From Raillietiella orientalis (lineage: Eukaryota): DNA of 64,000 bases. Positions 40,211 through 52,696 of this stretch are shown piece after piece (within the stretch, counting starts at the first letter, position 1; the number at the start of each line of letters is the position of its first letter). Under the pieces are notes generated by a model, which saw only the letters and a program-made list of their open reading frames with translations, did not search any database and had not been told where the DNA came from. The stretch covers positions 2,046,001-2,110,000 of the forward strand of contig JAYWIR010000017.1 of assembly GCA_036172245.1 (NCBI GenBank). The letters run 5' to 3'. The position numbers and the translations under genes are program-made.

Positions 40211-43200
40211 ACTTTTCGGAATCCATTTTATTGCGAGAATGACGTTTCAGTATTTATCCAAACTGCTAGTAAATCCTGCTGAACAGTTTGCTTCTCTATT
40301 TTTGTAGGAGGTTCTGGAACGATATGATAAATCTGCTAGCACTTATGAACACGCACTGATCGGATTTGGAGCCTTGATAAATCAGGCGTGCGGACCTACA
40401 GTATCTTATGGAACGGGAGAAAAAATCGGAAAAGCCTTCAACTCTAACTGCGCCTGGGAAGAGCTGCAAGTTTTTGCAAATCTCATCCGTGATCATGCAG
40501 CCAGTAAGTGACTGCCTCTTTAGAAAGCATGTGTTTCAGACGGAAAGAGTTATTCTTTACAGTTGGTTTCGTTGTTGACACTCGCCAACATAGCCAATGA
40601 CTTCACCAGAAGAGTTTTCCGGGAAATCGCATTCGATGCATGCAAGAATCCCTACCTTAGAGCGCATGCCCTCTTCTCCTTGAAAAAGGAGCAACATTCT
40701 TTGAGTCCAGAGGTTGGAGAGAACAGTCCAACTAACGATGATGCTACCTTTCATATTTTCGTTTCATATTTATGTCCTGCAGGTGCAGAATCTCTTGATT
40801 CGCACCGTGACTAACAGAAGCGAGAACCACGATCTTCGACTGAAAGCGCTTACCTTGATTTTTACTCATGGATCCTATGACGTTAAGTATACTGCGATGA
40901 ACATAGCAGAAAAATATCTAGAACCTCAGCTGAGACACTACACCTACTCTCTGTTGAAGTCTCTCTCGAATCTGGAGGCAGACTGTGTGAATAGCAAGTA
41001 CGTTCATGTAATCAAAGAATCTTACAGCTTTGGAAGTTATCCTTTAAAAAAAATTTTTTCGCGCATGTTTTCGCGAATCGGGCAGTCAAGTGGCAGTTGT
41101 ATCTCTCTCCTAAGATGGAAGTGAGAGCAGAGTAGTTGCAAAAAATCACTGCCAAATGTAGAATCTCCTTCTAGAAGTTTAAAAGGATCTGGTTTTGACA
41201 TTGCCGGACGTGTTCTATTGACAGATGGATCTTTTACCTTGTTTCATAGGAATCAATACAGTCTGTTTGCACCTGGTAAAGAAACCTCTGCAACTCCTGT
41301 ACTCTTCACATCTGTATCTTCAAGTATGGTGCGCTTACGAATTTTGCATGTGAAAAGTTGCCTCAAACCCTTTTTGTATCATTCACCTTTTAACCTCCCT
41401 TGAGATGCGTATGTAGATAAGACACTCCACTTTCTCGTTCCCTAGGGAAAAACTGAATTTTTTCCGAGCAAATCTTTCCGGAATATCGTCACAGAAATGC
41501 TCTGTATAACCTTGTTTTGGGCAAGCAATTTCTTTGATTTCTTCAAATCAGATGTCAAGAGTCCAAACAAGTTATTGGACTCTATCTGACCCTCAGTCCT
41601 TCTATTGTTTCCACCATCAATCCATACATAATCCTTTTATTGCTTATTGGCTCTCCGGGTGGATGGTTCAGATTGAGACTGTTGCTAGACAGGAGCATTT
41701 GTTTCTCTAGCAACGAATTTATCATATTTTTTCTTTTTTCTTTTGTTAAGTCTATGTTCTTTGACCCTCTTTCTTATCAAGCAATACCCGATTCCATTTT
41801 AGAAGATTAAAATTATGCGAAATCACGAGAATTTTTGTGATCCTTTCTGGTATTGTTCTCTTTCCTCTTTTGTGCCTGCAGCGCTGTTTCGCGATACGTT
41901 TGTCCTTTCGTTTGGAACTCTGAAAACTATAGTAGAAAACACATGTGCTTACATTTCTTACGGATGCCCTGTAGCTGCTTTCTGTGGAAAGCGGCTGCTA
42001 TCACATTGTGCTCTCTTAAAAGCAGCGTGAGATATGGAGTGAAAGTTGGTTGTGATCATGCACAATTCGTTGTTTTCATTTCTTGTTAAAGAAGATCGTT
42101 CAACTACTCGCGTTTTGAGATGGGCATCATGACTGTTACAGTTTGCTGTTGGTTTGAAGCGCTAAACTTTGTTAGTTCGACCTCTGTATCTTTGAGGCTG
42201 CTTTCAATGAACGTCTTATCTGCCTTCTTGAAATAGAGCTCGTTTATAACTAGAGTGCGCATTCGATATGGTCACTTTTGCTGGAATCCAAATTTTCACA
42301 ATTGTATCGAGGTGTGTAGTCGAAATCCCAAAAATTAATCTTGGATAATTAAATAAAAGAAACCAAAGTGTTGAACAGTGACATGAATTCTTATAATCGA
42401 GTGAAGACATTTAGTAACATTACAAAAGTAATGATACTGTATGGTAAATGATGATACGATATTTAATTTGATTCAAACTTCTTCACGATTGCTTTTTCCC
42501 GCATTCTTCTCAGGAGGAGGACATCATGAGCAGGAGGCAGGCAGACACTTTCTGACCACTCCATAGCTAAAGTGGAAGAGTGGTCAATAACTTTGTCCAT
42601 ATCGAATATTTGAACATGGTAACTCCCATCTAAATTCTCTTCCGCATGCTCCATAGGAGCGTTGCTAACGGTATCCAAGATCATGAACATGATTTCATTC
42701 ATTTTCGCCTTCCGCCCATTCCATAACCTCAGAATCACCTGCTACATTTTCTCTCTTGTTATGGGATTGGATCGTGTTGCCATGGGCATGTGATCTTCAT
42801 CAGTGAAATAGCCGATCGGTAAACTCAACTCGACTTCTTCAGTTGATGAAAACAAATGCTTAAAAGCATCTGCAATAACGCTCTTCGGAATTCCATTCCA
42901 CGACTCTACTGCCATATAAGCCGCACCTTTTAGTGTACTAAAAAAAAAAGTTTCTTTTCTTTCGAATGACAGAAAACTTAAAATGTTGACTACATCAAGG
43001 GTTGTTCGTGTCAAAAGTTTCTTTTATCAAAGGTGACTATATGAAGCATATATTTGTGTATGGAAATCTTTTGCCTTTCTAAGCAAACATAAGCGAGACT
43101 AGTGCTTAGAAGCTATTCCTTTGTTTGTGTGAATTCGTATCTGATGCTGCTCGGTGGATGTCGACTCCATGGATAGCTACAGTCAACTCAGCTTTTCAAG

Positions 43201-44560
43201 GACCCTTTTCAGATGAAAGTTTCAAAGTTTTCTGTACTTTTTTTTCTTTTTGCAAGCAATAGATACATTTCCATTTGGTAACTAGAGGCATTCGGAATTC
43301 TGATAGCATTTGTGGAACGTAAGGAATAAATCCAGCGAACTGGAGAAAACCTCAATGAAGGCTGAAGAAATGAGTGCGGTTTAAGGATAAATGGAATCGA
43401 GATTTGCCAGATAGCATTCCGCAAAAAGGTCTGTTTTAAAGGAAGAAGCCTCCAAGAAAAAAAATTATCTTGCTTTCCTGAGAACATGGATTTATTTTCA
43501 TGGTCATCACGGTTTTACAGTTTCGTTGCAGTACTGAGTACTTTAGTGGTTACTGGAATAGCTGCAAAAGATGAAAGGTTCCTTACCCAAGACCATATGT
43601 TGTTATCTTCCAGCTAGCTCTGAGTGACTTTGTGGCTTCTAGCAGGTTGAAAGCTCGCATTTGATTTCTTTCAAGCCTTGCAACTCTATTTGAAGAGTGA
43701 GCAAGTAACTTTTTGTAGAACTGGTATATTTCAGGGCAGAAACCGCTAAGAGACTACTGAACAGCATGGCTCATCGCAATCACGGTGGACATCAAATATA
43801 CTCGACGGCCCGGTATTTCAAATACAAGGACAATGAATACGGCTTCGAATGAGGATTGTTCACTGTCGTGCATCAGTCTCCCAAATCCTATCTACCATCT
43901 CACGTGTATACACACTTCAACTGGAATGTCCGACAAGTAGAATTTCATGCATTTCAAGTAAGATATCGTGAAATAGACTTTGGGCATTTTTTTTTTCAAT
44001 TTCAACACATTGCCTTGATAACGTGTAAGATCCAAATCAATTAACATACCAAATCTGATAAAACTTCACTCATTGAATCTATCTTTTCAAATCTAAGTTC
44101 CAAGAGTGCATGGATGGAGTCAGGAGTACAACATTCTGTTTATTAGCAGCAATCGAAAAAAAAATTCTGTTTTTAGTTTCAGCTCAGTTTGCATGGTGTC
44201 GAGAGTGTCTATACTTACGTATACGCTCCTAAAGAAACTATGGATTTTGAAGGGGAAGAAAACATTCAGGAACGTATCCACGGAGATTTCCACTTTGAAG
44301 TGGTGATCAGATACCAGAACAAAGTTGAATTTCTGAATACATACACACTGGAAAAGATGGCTCTCATTATTTGTAAGCGATACGTATCCTTGTAAAGAGA
44401 ATGAATGCTCTTTTTTTCTAGTTAAGAAAGACGGATTGACTGAGTTCATTCAGTCATTAATAGGAAACGTAATATTGGGTGACCTCTACTACTCGAAATA
44501 TTCATTTTAAATGATTTGGGACTCCCAGCAGTGCTACATGGATCGATACCATTCCTCAAA
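40211..44560 (+). pseudogene. Vitellogenin / large lipid transfer protein family pseudogene fragment (7 exons)
   Basis: Exons 40211-40268, 40308-40503, 40540-40712, 40783-40997, 43735-43957, 44183-44372 and 44422-~44560 join in phase via GT-AG. They give HALIGFGALINQAC, QLVSLLTLANIA, LRAHALFSL, VQNLLIRTVTNRSENHDLRLKAL..QLRHYTYSLLKSL, SYLP and NDLGLP, i.e. the LLT helical domain and the following beta-sheet. In-frame TGA at 43850-43852 and a frameshift near 44505. No upstream or downstream exons found. Confidence 0.8.
42440..43650 (-). mobile_element. pogo/Tigger (jerky-like) DNA transposon relic inside the vitellogenin-like intron
   Basis: FFSWRLLPLKQTFL (ETGLFWRxLPxKTL-like), AAYMAVESWNGIPKSVIADAF, and a C-terminal LAMEWSE..VLLLRRMREKA. 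TIRs not identified. Confidence 0.6.
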
Positions 44561-46526
44561 GTTTCTGACAAATCACCGAATCTCTGTTCATATCTACGCT
44601 TTCGAGTAAGTTCGTTGTGAAGCTTTGGGGAGCAATGATACCTTTGCTCTGAACGCTCTTGGTTAAGAGATTCATAGAGGACATGATTTTCCTATTCTTG
44701 TTCAAAAAGTGCTCCGTGTTCTATTTCGCAGTCGACGAAAGGATCCGTATCTTCCGTTTCTGAGACATCGTAGGGATGTCTCAGAAAAGAAAAGATACGA
44801 ACAGTTTTGCCTCAGTTCCTTACAGCTTCGGTCTCCTTGGAAGCTCCGAGACGCCTTTTACTTTATCATTCCAATTTTATTTTACTATGTGATTTCTTTG
44901 CAGGCATAACCTCGTGTTGTTGTTTGCTTGAGCTGCTATGTGCGCTCTGTGCTCTTGAGGATGCAGGAGATGAGTTGGGTAACCAAGAATTCAAGCCCAC
45001 AGAGAAAAAGCGTGAAACGGGCTCTCGAGTGTTGATTTCCTCGCTTCTGATTATCAGTATAGCCTTTACCATTTCTGCTGTTCTTCAGAGGGCTGTTCTA
45101 TTTCGAGCATAAGCTTCTCAGTTTACAACTCGGTAACAGATACGCTCCACAGCATCAGCAAGTTCACAACCACTATTCTGTCTATTCCTTTCGAGTCGAC
45201 AGTATCTCTTAAACACCAAAAGGAGAGTCTGCTATCTCCTAGGGTCATGGTGTATCCGTCCAAAGGTGAGCCATGTTTCTTCTCTTGAAATGTCAAAACA
45301 ACGCGTTGTTTCTCACTAGATATCACCACATATCTCAACATCAATTCCTCCATAGTCACCACACTATTTGATCTCAGCGAAGAAAAGGCATTCGATTTTG
45401 GTCATTCTCATTATCACGAGAGAAGCAGTGTTTCTAAATATCACGTTGTGGACGTCAATAAGGATCTGGTAATGACAACCTTAGCTAATTTCCTGTAACA
45501 GTTTTTTGGGCTAAAGGATTCGACGTGTTTCCGCTGCAGTACACTGCCTCATTGCCTTGCAGCTATGCTCGCGGAACGTTCAATGAGCTGAGAGGACATG
45601 TGTCGCAAATTCTTCATCGAATATCTTCTTCACAACGAATAAGCCTTGTGGCAGAACCAGAACCATTATACACCATTGTACATTTGCTTTTTAGCTGCAA
45701 TCCTTTCTTCACTTACATTGCCATGCAAGGCCACTTTTAAGATTTCCATGCAGCCATGCATTCAACCGTACAAAGGAAACGTCAGTTTCAGAGACAAGAG
45801 TCCCTTTTTCGGATCTAGAGGATCGATTGGGGAACTGGAGATAATCGGATGAATGCTCATTGTTTGATATCACCAAATTTCTGGGTCAGTATGTTCTGGT
45901 ACTGCAACACAATGGTGGCCTCTGCATGCATTTACTCTGAAGAAGGCGTGAAAACTGCATGACAAAAGGCAGCGTGCGACGAAAAGCAAAACTCAACTGA
46001 GCAAAGTGTTGCAGTTATGTCTTGAAGGAAGGATCTATTATCTGGACTTTACAGGTTTGGATGTATGGTCTGGAGAATCAAAGACTTCTAAATACTTGAT
46101 CGTGTGGGGAAAGCAGTGCTCCGAAAGAGAAGGACTGTTATCATTGAAGGTATTTTCCGTTGGCATTTTGTTTTCTTTCAGAGTCTCGAAGCAAAACAAA
46201 GGTTAAGAACAAACATGAAGCGATTCTCAAGTGGAAGCGGATTACTCACAACAAGAAAATGACCTCTATTTCAACCCGAAACAGGTGACAGGAAGTAGCA
46301 AACTTTCTCCAAAACAAATACTCAAAATACACAATGAAAATGCGAAGGGAATCGATGACCTGCATCTGTTAAGGAAACTGTAGCAATGACATCAGTCGCC
46401 TCCGCACAGGAGCCATACATAATTACCGCCTCCGACGCGTGTGCTCATCTTGCCTACCATTACTCTCAGATCACTCACTCAACAATACGCATATAGCATC
46501 AGAATGTTCTCACATTCTGATGCTGT

Positions 46527-46800
46527 ATAGAATTACAACAAATCATACAACCAATCCACCCAAACTACAAAACATTAACCACATTCCCATTTCCAGCCTT
46601 AACCCATATCCTCATATAAATACAACCACACTCATTAGTACAACAATCATACATACTTCATAAGAAATCATTTGAGCTACCGAACGCACCACACCAATAT
46701 ACCTATATTTATTATTACTAACCCAACCACTTATTAATTTCCCATATATTCTTCCTGTTAAATAACACACAAACAACATTAAACCCATTAATTCTGTGTT
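46527..46800 (-). pseudogene. ND1: NUMT: internal fragment of mitochondrial NADH dehydrogenase subunit 1
   Basis: In the invertebrate mitochondrial code: GLMLFVCYLTGSMYGKLMSGWVSNNKYSYIGVVRSVAQMISYEVCMIVVLMSVVVFMWGYG..LVVWFVVIL, containing the ND1 GWxSNxKY...R.VAQ.ISYEV signature. TGA falls at Trp positions. Strong A/C strand skew unlike the flanks. Confidence 0.93.
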
Positions 46801-46959
46801 CGAGAACTGTCTCGAAATACGAATCGCATTATCGTAGCTCCCATTTGACCTAAAGAAAGCATACCACAACTTCCTTTCCATCTTGCGAACTATCTTCGAG
46901 CCTCATCATGGTATAGAAGGAAGCCGTTCCGTTCGTGAGGGAAGCGGAGCAGAACACGT

Positions 46960-47200
46960 GACAGTCGAAAGGAGGATCTCTATGGCCAATGAGACAGCAT
47001 TTTATCGGTTATCCAGCTCACTGTTTGATGATGTCTTCAATTCCATTCCTTTGAAGCAGCTGCCTTTCGTTTTTCAACCTTCCTATAAACTATGGAATGC
47101 AAAATTCTTCCTTGACAAGCTCGGACTGCTTCGTAAGTGATCATTCAGAGCTGGAGTGGAAGCACTGGTTGCCTAGGTACGTGCCAGGTTACGTCGGAGT
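46960..47200 (+). mobile_element. RTE-like LINE RT thumb fragment
   Basis: VERRISMANETAFYRLSSSLF resembles the RTE-clade EIxxRIxxAxxAFxxL motif. Confidence 0.4.
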
Positions 47201-48728
47201 ATGCGCGTCATCCAAGAATATGCCGTAGCCAACAATCTATCACAATGTTCCACTGTGATTAGCAGAGGCTGCACAGATGCAGCAGCTTTCACTGTTCCCG
47301 CTCATCGTGTCAGAACCGATTACCACTCTAAGCATGAGGATGACAGGGATCCACCCCTCTTTGTTCTTCCTCTATTTCCACTTTGTCTGCTTTTTGTTTT
47401 CCCTTAGGAAACTTGCATTCACTCCTCTATGCTTTCAGGCAGCAACAACTTATCTAAGGAAGAACAAAATCACTCCTGATCTCATCAAAATTGAAATGGA
47501 ACCATCAAAAAGGGAAAACTTTTTGCAACTGTTGTTGGCAAGGCTGCCTCTGTGTCCGAGGATAGCTCCAGTTTGCTACGATGAGGAAGACCATAGCTGT
47601 CTCTTCAGGTACAGCATTTATCCTCAATAGGAAAGACCAAATCAGCGATATACTATTCATTACCAAAGGATATGGAAAGTCAATAGCGCCTCATCAGGGC
47701 TATATGGAATCACGGATTTTACGTAGCGTTTGATGGAGTGTTCTTCAACGTAGGAGTAGACGCCAGACACACAGGCACGCACCGTGGGCTGTGTAGAGAT
47801 TATTCTGGTGAATAACTTTTTCAAAACCTTCAATAGATTTTGAGGGGGTTTCGTAATCAATGATCCAAGCGACTGGATTTCCTCCCCATTTCCACCGAAA
47901 GGGCATCCATTCTGATCACAGGTGATACTTGAATATAGGCATGCACTCTGTGTTTGTTGGCTATATAAGTTCTCTTGACTTCCGAATCAAAACACCGCTA
48001 GTGTACTCAAATAAGTAGGCTAAGAACTTTGTTTCCACTTTGTGTGGACGCATAAACGGCAGTGTATTAATTTCTGCGCATGTATATTCAGCAAGTGCAT
48101 AGAATTTCAATGGTTGTTCACTAAAGAACGTATCAACAGCATTTGATACGTGCTGCAGACACGTTTCATGAAGAGGCTCATTCCGTTATGCGTATATCTC
48201 TCTCTTGGTCATGGTAATTCATGAGAGAACTGTAAACAATAATTTACAAAAAATTCTCTAAAGCTTTCTCCACAGAATCATCGGGATTAATGCTCCCACA
48301 ATTGAGTGATGTGTATCTGTTGGCGACAGGTCTCCGAAATGACTGCGTTGCAGTGTTCGATGTGAACGATGCTTTCCAATGCACGTAACATCACTTGCAT
48401 ATTTGAAACATTCAGGCTGGTTTGAAACTCTTCTCAAGCAACACGCAAAACGCGTAATGCAACCTCACTAAACACTCCAGTCATGTCGTTCATATCCACT
48501 TCTTCAATATGCACTGTTTTGCTTATAGACAATAAAAAAAACACAGTCGGTTGTCTTCTGCACTACTAGCTGAAGAGCATCTTCAGGAATTAAAAAAATA
48601 ATCTTTAGCCTTCCTTGAAACTTGAAGCCGAGTACGGGCCAACTCTTGGTGGCTAAGGGTTTGGAATTCTTCTCTTGTGAAATGTTAATCGAGAGTTAGC
48701 AGGATATGAAAGGAAAAATCCCCTGGTG

Positions 48729-48765
48729 CTACACTTTGATCTTAGCCAAAAGGCCGAGAAACGAT
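48729..48765 (-). pseudogene. U2: 3'-truncated U2 snRNA retrocopy (nt 1-37) with 12-bp TSD
   Basis: Minus strand ATCGTTTCTCGGCCTTTTGGCTAAGATCAAAGTGTAG matches the U2 5' end with one apparent C>T. Flanked by ATCCCCTGGTGC at 48718-48729 and 48768-48779. Confidence 0.95.
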
Positions 48766-51700
48766 ACATCCCCTGGTGCAATGGCAAGCGGTTGCGCTAG
48801 TTCACTTTGGTATAATCGATGGCCACAATCGAAACATTAAGGACATGCAGAATGCTAACATGTGCCCCCGTGCAGTAAACTAGGCTGATGTTGGTCTTTT
48901 CATGACCAAATGTTCACAGAAAAGCTCCGTTTCTCCACAGCCTTCTCCACTTTAAATCTTCAAAGTATGCTGTTTAGATGTTCATTGTGAAGCAGCTTCC
49001 CTTTTTTTCTGCTTTGACTTTTAGTGAACATATGGTTAATAGGAAATGCAAACCTCAGGTTTGTTGGAACATCCACTGATTTACTTTCAACTTGTGATCA
49101 TCCATTTTTTGTGCAATTCAGTACTACTTTTGCATGTTTACAACCATATTTCCTTTTGGCTAATTTTTGGAGCTCCTCACTTGAAATACTGGGTTTATAA
49201 GGCGAGCCAAGCAACGACAGAATGAAGAGAATGTTCTATCAAATTGTGTACCATTCCAAACAACGTTGTGTTGAATTTTGGTATTTTTCGACATTAACCA
49301 GAAATGACTTGTATATCAGTGTAAAGTCCAAAAGACCCTCAAAAAAAGAGACAGACTAGTATTAGCAATGATGATTACCATTACTGTCGTAATAGTAAAT
49401 ATACGATACACAAGCTGTGGATATGTTGGTTATCACTACTAATTATTCAGATGGAAAACGATTGCAGTATGCGAGAAGTTTTACGTATAGCTGCATCCTA
49501 GATATCGGCGGGGATGAAGGAGTGTCCCTCGTGTTTCACTTCTGTAACATCTTCATTATTAGGGTGAGGTTTTGCTCTTGTTTAAGCAAATGCATATCTG
49601 CGTGTGATTTCCCTCTTGCATGAGAAAGCCAGATTGATGCGTGATGGATAAGTTTCTAATTGTTTCCAAGCATTTCATTCTTCACAGATTTGGATTGCAC
49701 ATCTTGCAAACTCAATGAATGTATTGTAGAGAAACAGAACATTCATTCTTTGCCCTCTTCTGAGATCTAATAAATGCTTCATATGCTCCCTATGAATTTG
49801 CATCTAATGAGCTTGTACAATTCCAGGTGGATTCTCAGAGACCATATCACCTCCAAGCCACGAATGGAAACACCTCCATGCTTCTGTGGAAAAGCAGCTG
49901 AAGTCGGCTAATACTGTGAACCAGCAATGGACACTGAAGTCTCCCTGCTGATGAAAAGGAGACCAGCTATGACTTTATGAAACAACAAAGGGCGTTCATG
50001 TTCCTGGAGTTGTTCACATCCTTATATTTAAACTCAGGAACATTCTTATCTTGGTTTGCTAGCATCAGACAACAATCCTCATTTTCAGTCTTGAAAAGTT
50101 GTCTACCTTGCGTACAGGAGACTGCATGTCTTAACAAAGCATGGAGAACAGACAATGCTTTATGCAAAGAAGCGGTTATAAATTTCTTGAAACCCTGCAG
50201 GTATGAAAGGATTCATTCCTTTGGTCCGGAGAACGCAATTTGCACTAGAAAGAGCAATCTTGAGAGACTGCTTGAATACCTGTGGAAAAGCTTGGACTTG
50301 TGATCAAAGTGCCACTTCAGTCAGGATTTGAACCTTGAGTTCCTGAGTCCTCAGTTTGGAGATGCAAACATATTCGACGACAGTTTTCCTACCGAATTCA
50401 CATGGTTGTACGACTCGTGACCACCTGCAAGATTCTCCACGATAGTGGAGTCGATGTATCGGAAAGCTATGAAAATTGAGGAAAGAGAAAAACCGCTGTT
50501 GAAATTTTCCTGTCGGAGTTCTGAACTGTGTACCGGTTGACCCTATGGATCCTTTAATATCTTGAACACCGCGTTCTAGGTGCTGCTGGCAGTGGTAGTG
50601 ATAATGTGAGGTATCGCTACTTTCATTTACCAATGATTTCATTCACTAGTTGTGATGTTACCATCACTATTCCTGTCATCTCCGTTTCTCATCATTAAAC
50701 GGATTACAAAGGCCTACCGAAGGTTTCTGGCGAGACTCCTTTCCCACCGATGGATGTGAAGATGCAACCCTCTGCTGATCTCAGTTAAAAGAGCGCTGAA
50801 TAGCATTCTCTTTCCATAGCAAGACAAATGTACTTGGGATCCAATTACGGCGGAAAGCTACAATTGCTGATGCATCTTGATTTTAGAATTCAGACTCCTT
50901 CCACATAAAATATCTATCACATGAGAGTGATGATGCTTGTCTGGGACTGAACTCTTCTTCTACTTATTTCTACATGTGGCCTACGAACTGTTTACAAATT
51001 CAATTAACGGTAAAAGCGAGCCGACTGGATACGGTAAATGTGCAGGATGTGTACATTCCTTAGATTTGCATGTACCCATTCCATACGTTTTTTTTTTCGT
51101 TGTCCTGGTACCGAAAGCTAACTCCCAGAATCCAAGAGTGCTTAGAAAAAGAGAAGAGGATTTCTGAGGGATTTATCCCGACAGGCAATCACGTTAAAAA
51201 AAAAAAAGGAGACAAACAAATGAAGGGCTAAGCTTCCATCATATTCTCTGCTTTTCTCTTCTCTCCCTGAGGAGTTTTGCGAAAGTGTTCCCAAACAAAA
51301 ACTGCAAAGACAAGGTGAAATGGTGTGCACGGCCAACGAGAAGCTTTCGGTTCAAAACCTCAATACATTCTGATACCCGTTGCCAAACACAGCAATTCGA
51401 AACAGCACTCAAAACTATCTATCGCGTGCGAACTCAGCGATCTGAGGAAAATTTAGCTGAACTTATGGAAACCTCTCACGAGACTGTAACACAGCTTACA
51501 CAAAGGCTTCTTCCTTAGAAAGCAACCTTTTGTGCTTAACTCGTGCAATGATCTCTTGTGAAAGCACGAAAGAATTGCTTTGAAAATCCGTGCCCTTGAG
51601 CGTGGTCGCAACTCCTGCGGAAAAACTAGATATTCTTTCTATGGATCAATAGGAATAAAGAAAAAAGTGTCCCTGTACTTCTCTTGAAACCTTGGTTCGA

Positions 51701-52563
51701 ATGTGTTGGATAACGATTTCTTCTGTAGAGAGATGCATTTCAACATGGAAATTTCCAACAATTTGGAAAAGGTGAGACTGGAGGAGAGGGCATGTGACCT
51801 GAATATGACGAATAATATGAGGCTGGGGCAAAGGCTACCAAGTCAAGAGTGAACAATCTGGGCATGTACATTCTGCAATTCAGTACTACTTTTGCATTCC
51901 ACTGACTTCCTAATTAGCACATAACGAAGCCAACAAACGCGTTTCCCACGTGATTCCATCTTCGAAAGAGGACACTCTGCTTGCCGAATGGTATATTCAA
52001 GAGTAAGCTTGCTTTCCGGGAAAAAAGTAAACCCCTTCTGTGGCTAAAACTGCCATCAGAAGAAGAATATGCAAAAAAGTTGCTAACTGCTTCAAACGAA
52101 CGATATGTTGATTCTTTCGCTGTTTTTCTTTAGAAACGGGTTGTAACGACAAAAAGGAAGTTTTTCTAAAAAAGAATCGCCCTCAAAAATTCATATATTG
52201 GAATTGATTTCGAGATCCGTGATTATTAGTCAATACTTGTGTGCTCGGAATTGCTCGTGTCCCTCTGTCACAGTTCGAATCTTTTGTCAAGAAAGAATTC
52301 CTGAAACGATGTGCCCAATGCGACAGTGTGGTTTTTGCACACACATCATTTCTGTGACTTTGTTTGCACGAAGGCTTTGTTTCTTGCTGACAACTACGTT
52401 TGTCCACGCGACTACTCCTGTAGTGCCCCCTGCAACCGGAGCATGCATTTTCTCTTCTTAGGAGTTAGGTCTTTCTCTGGATGGCATTCCGAGTTTTCTG
52501 GTTTGCACTGACCACCTGTGGTCCTCGATCGGAAATAAACAGTCATGAAAGCGATTGTAGAAC

Positions 52564-52696
52564 TGTTCGTTTCGTAATGCTGAGTGTTGCTGCACTGCAT
52601 CGCTTTCTTGGACCACACGACGTGGTGTTCGTTTCGTGATGCTGAGTGTTGCTGCACTGCATCGCTTTCTTGGACCACACGACGTGGTGTTCGTTT
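52564..52696 (+). repeat. 62-bp tandem duplication (2 copies plus 9 nt, 1 mismatch)
   Basis: Units start at 52564, 52626 and 52688 with TGTTCGTTT. Confidence 0.95.

Noticed and set aside
48768..48790. U1 loop II-like CCATTGCAC on the minus strand next to the U2 fragment
   Set aside because: Only about 9 nt match and no other U1 sequence is nearby. Likely chance.
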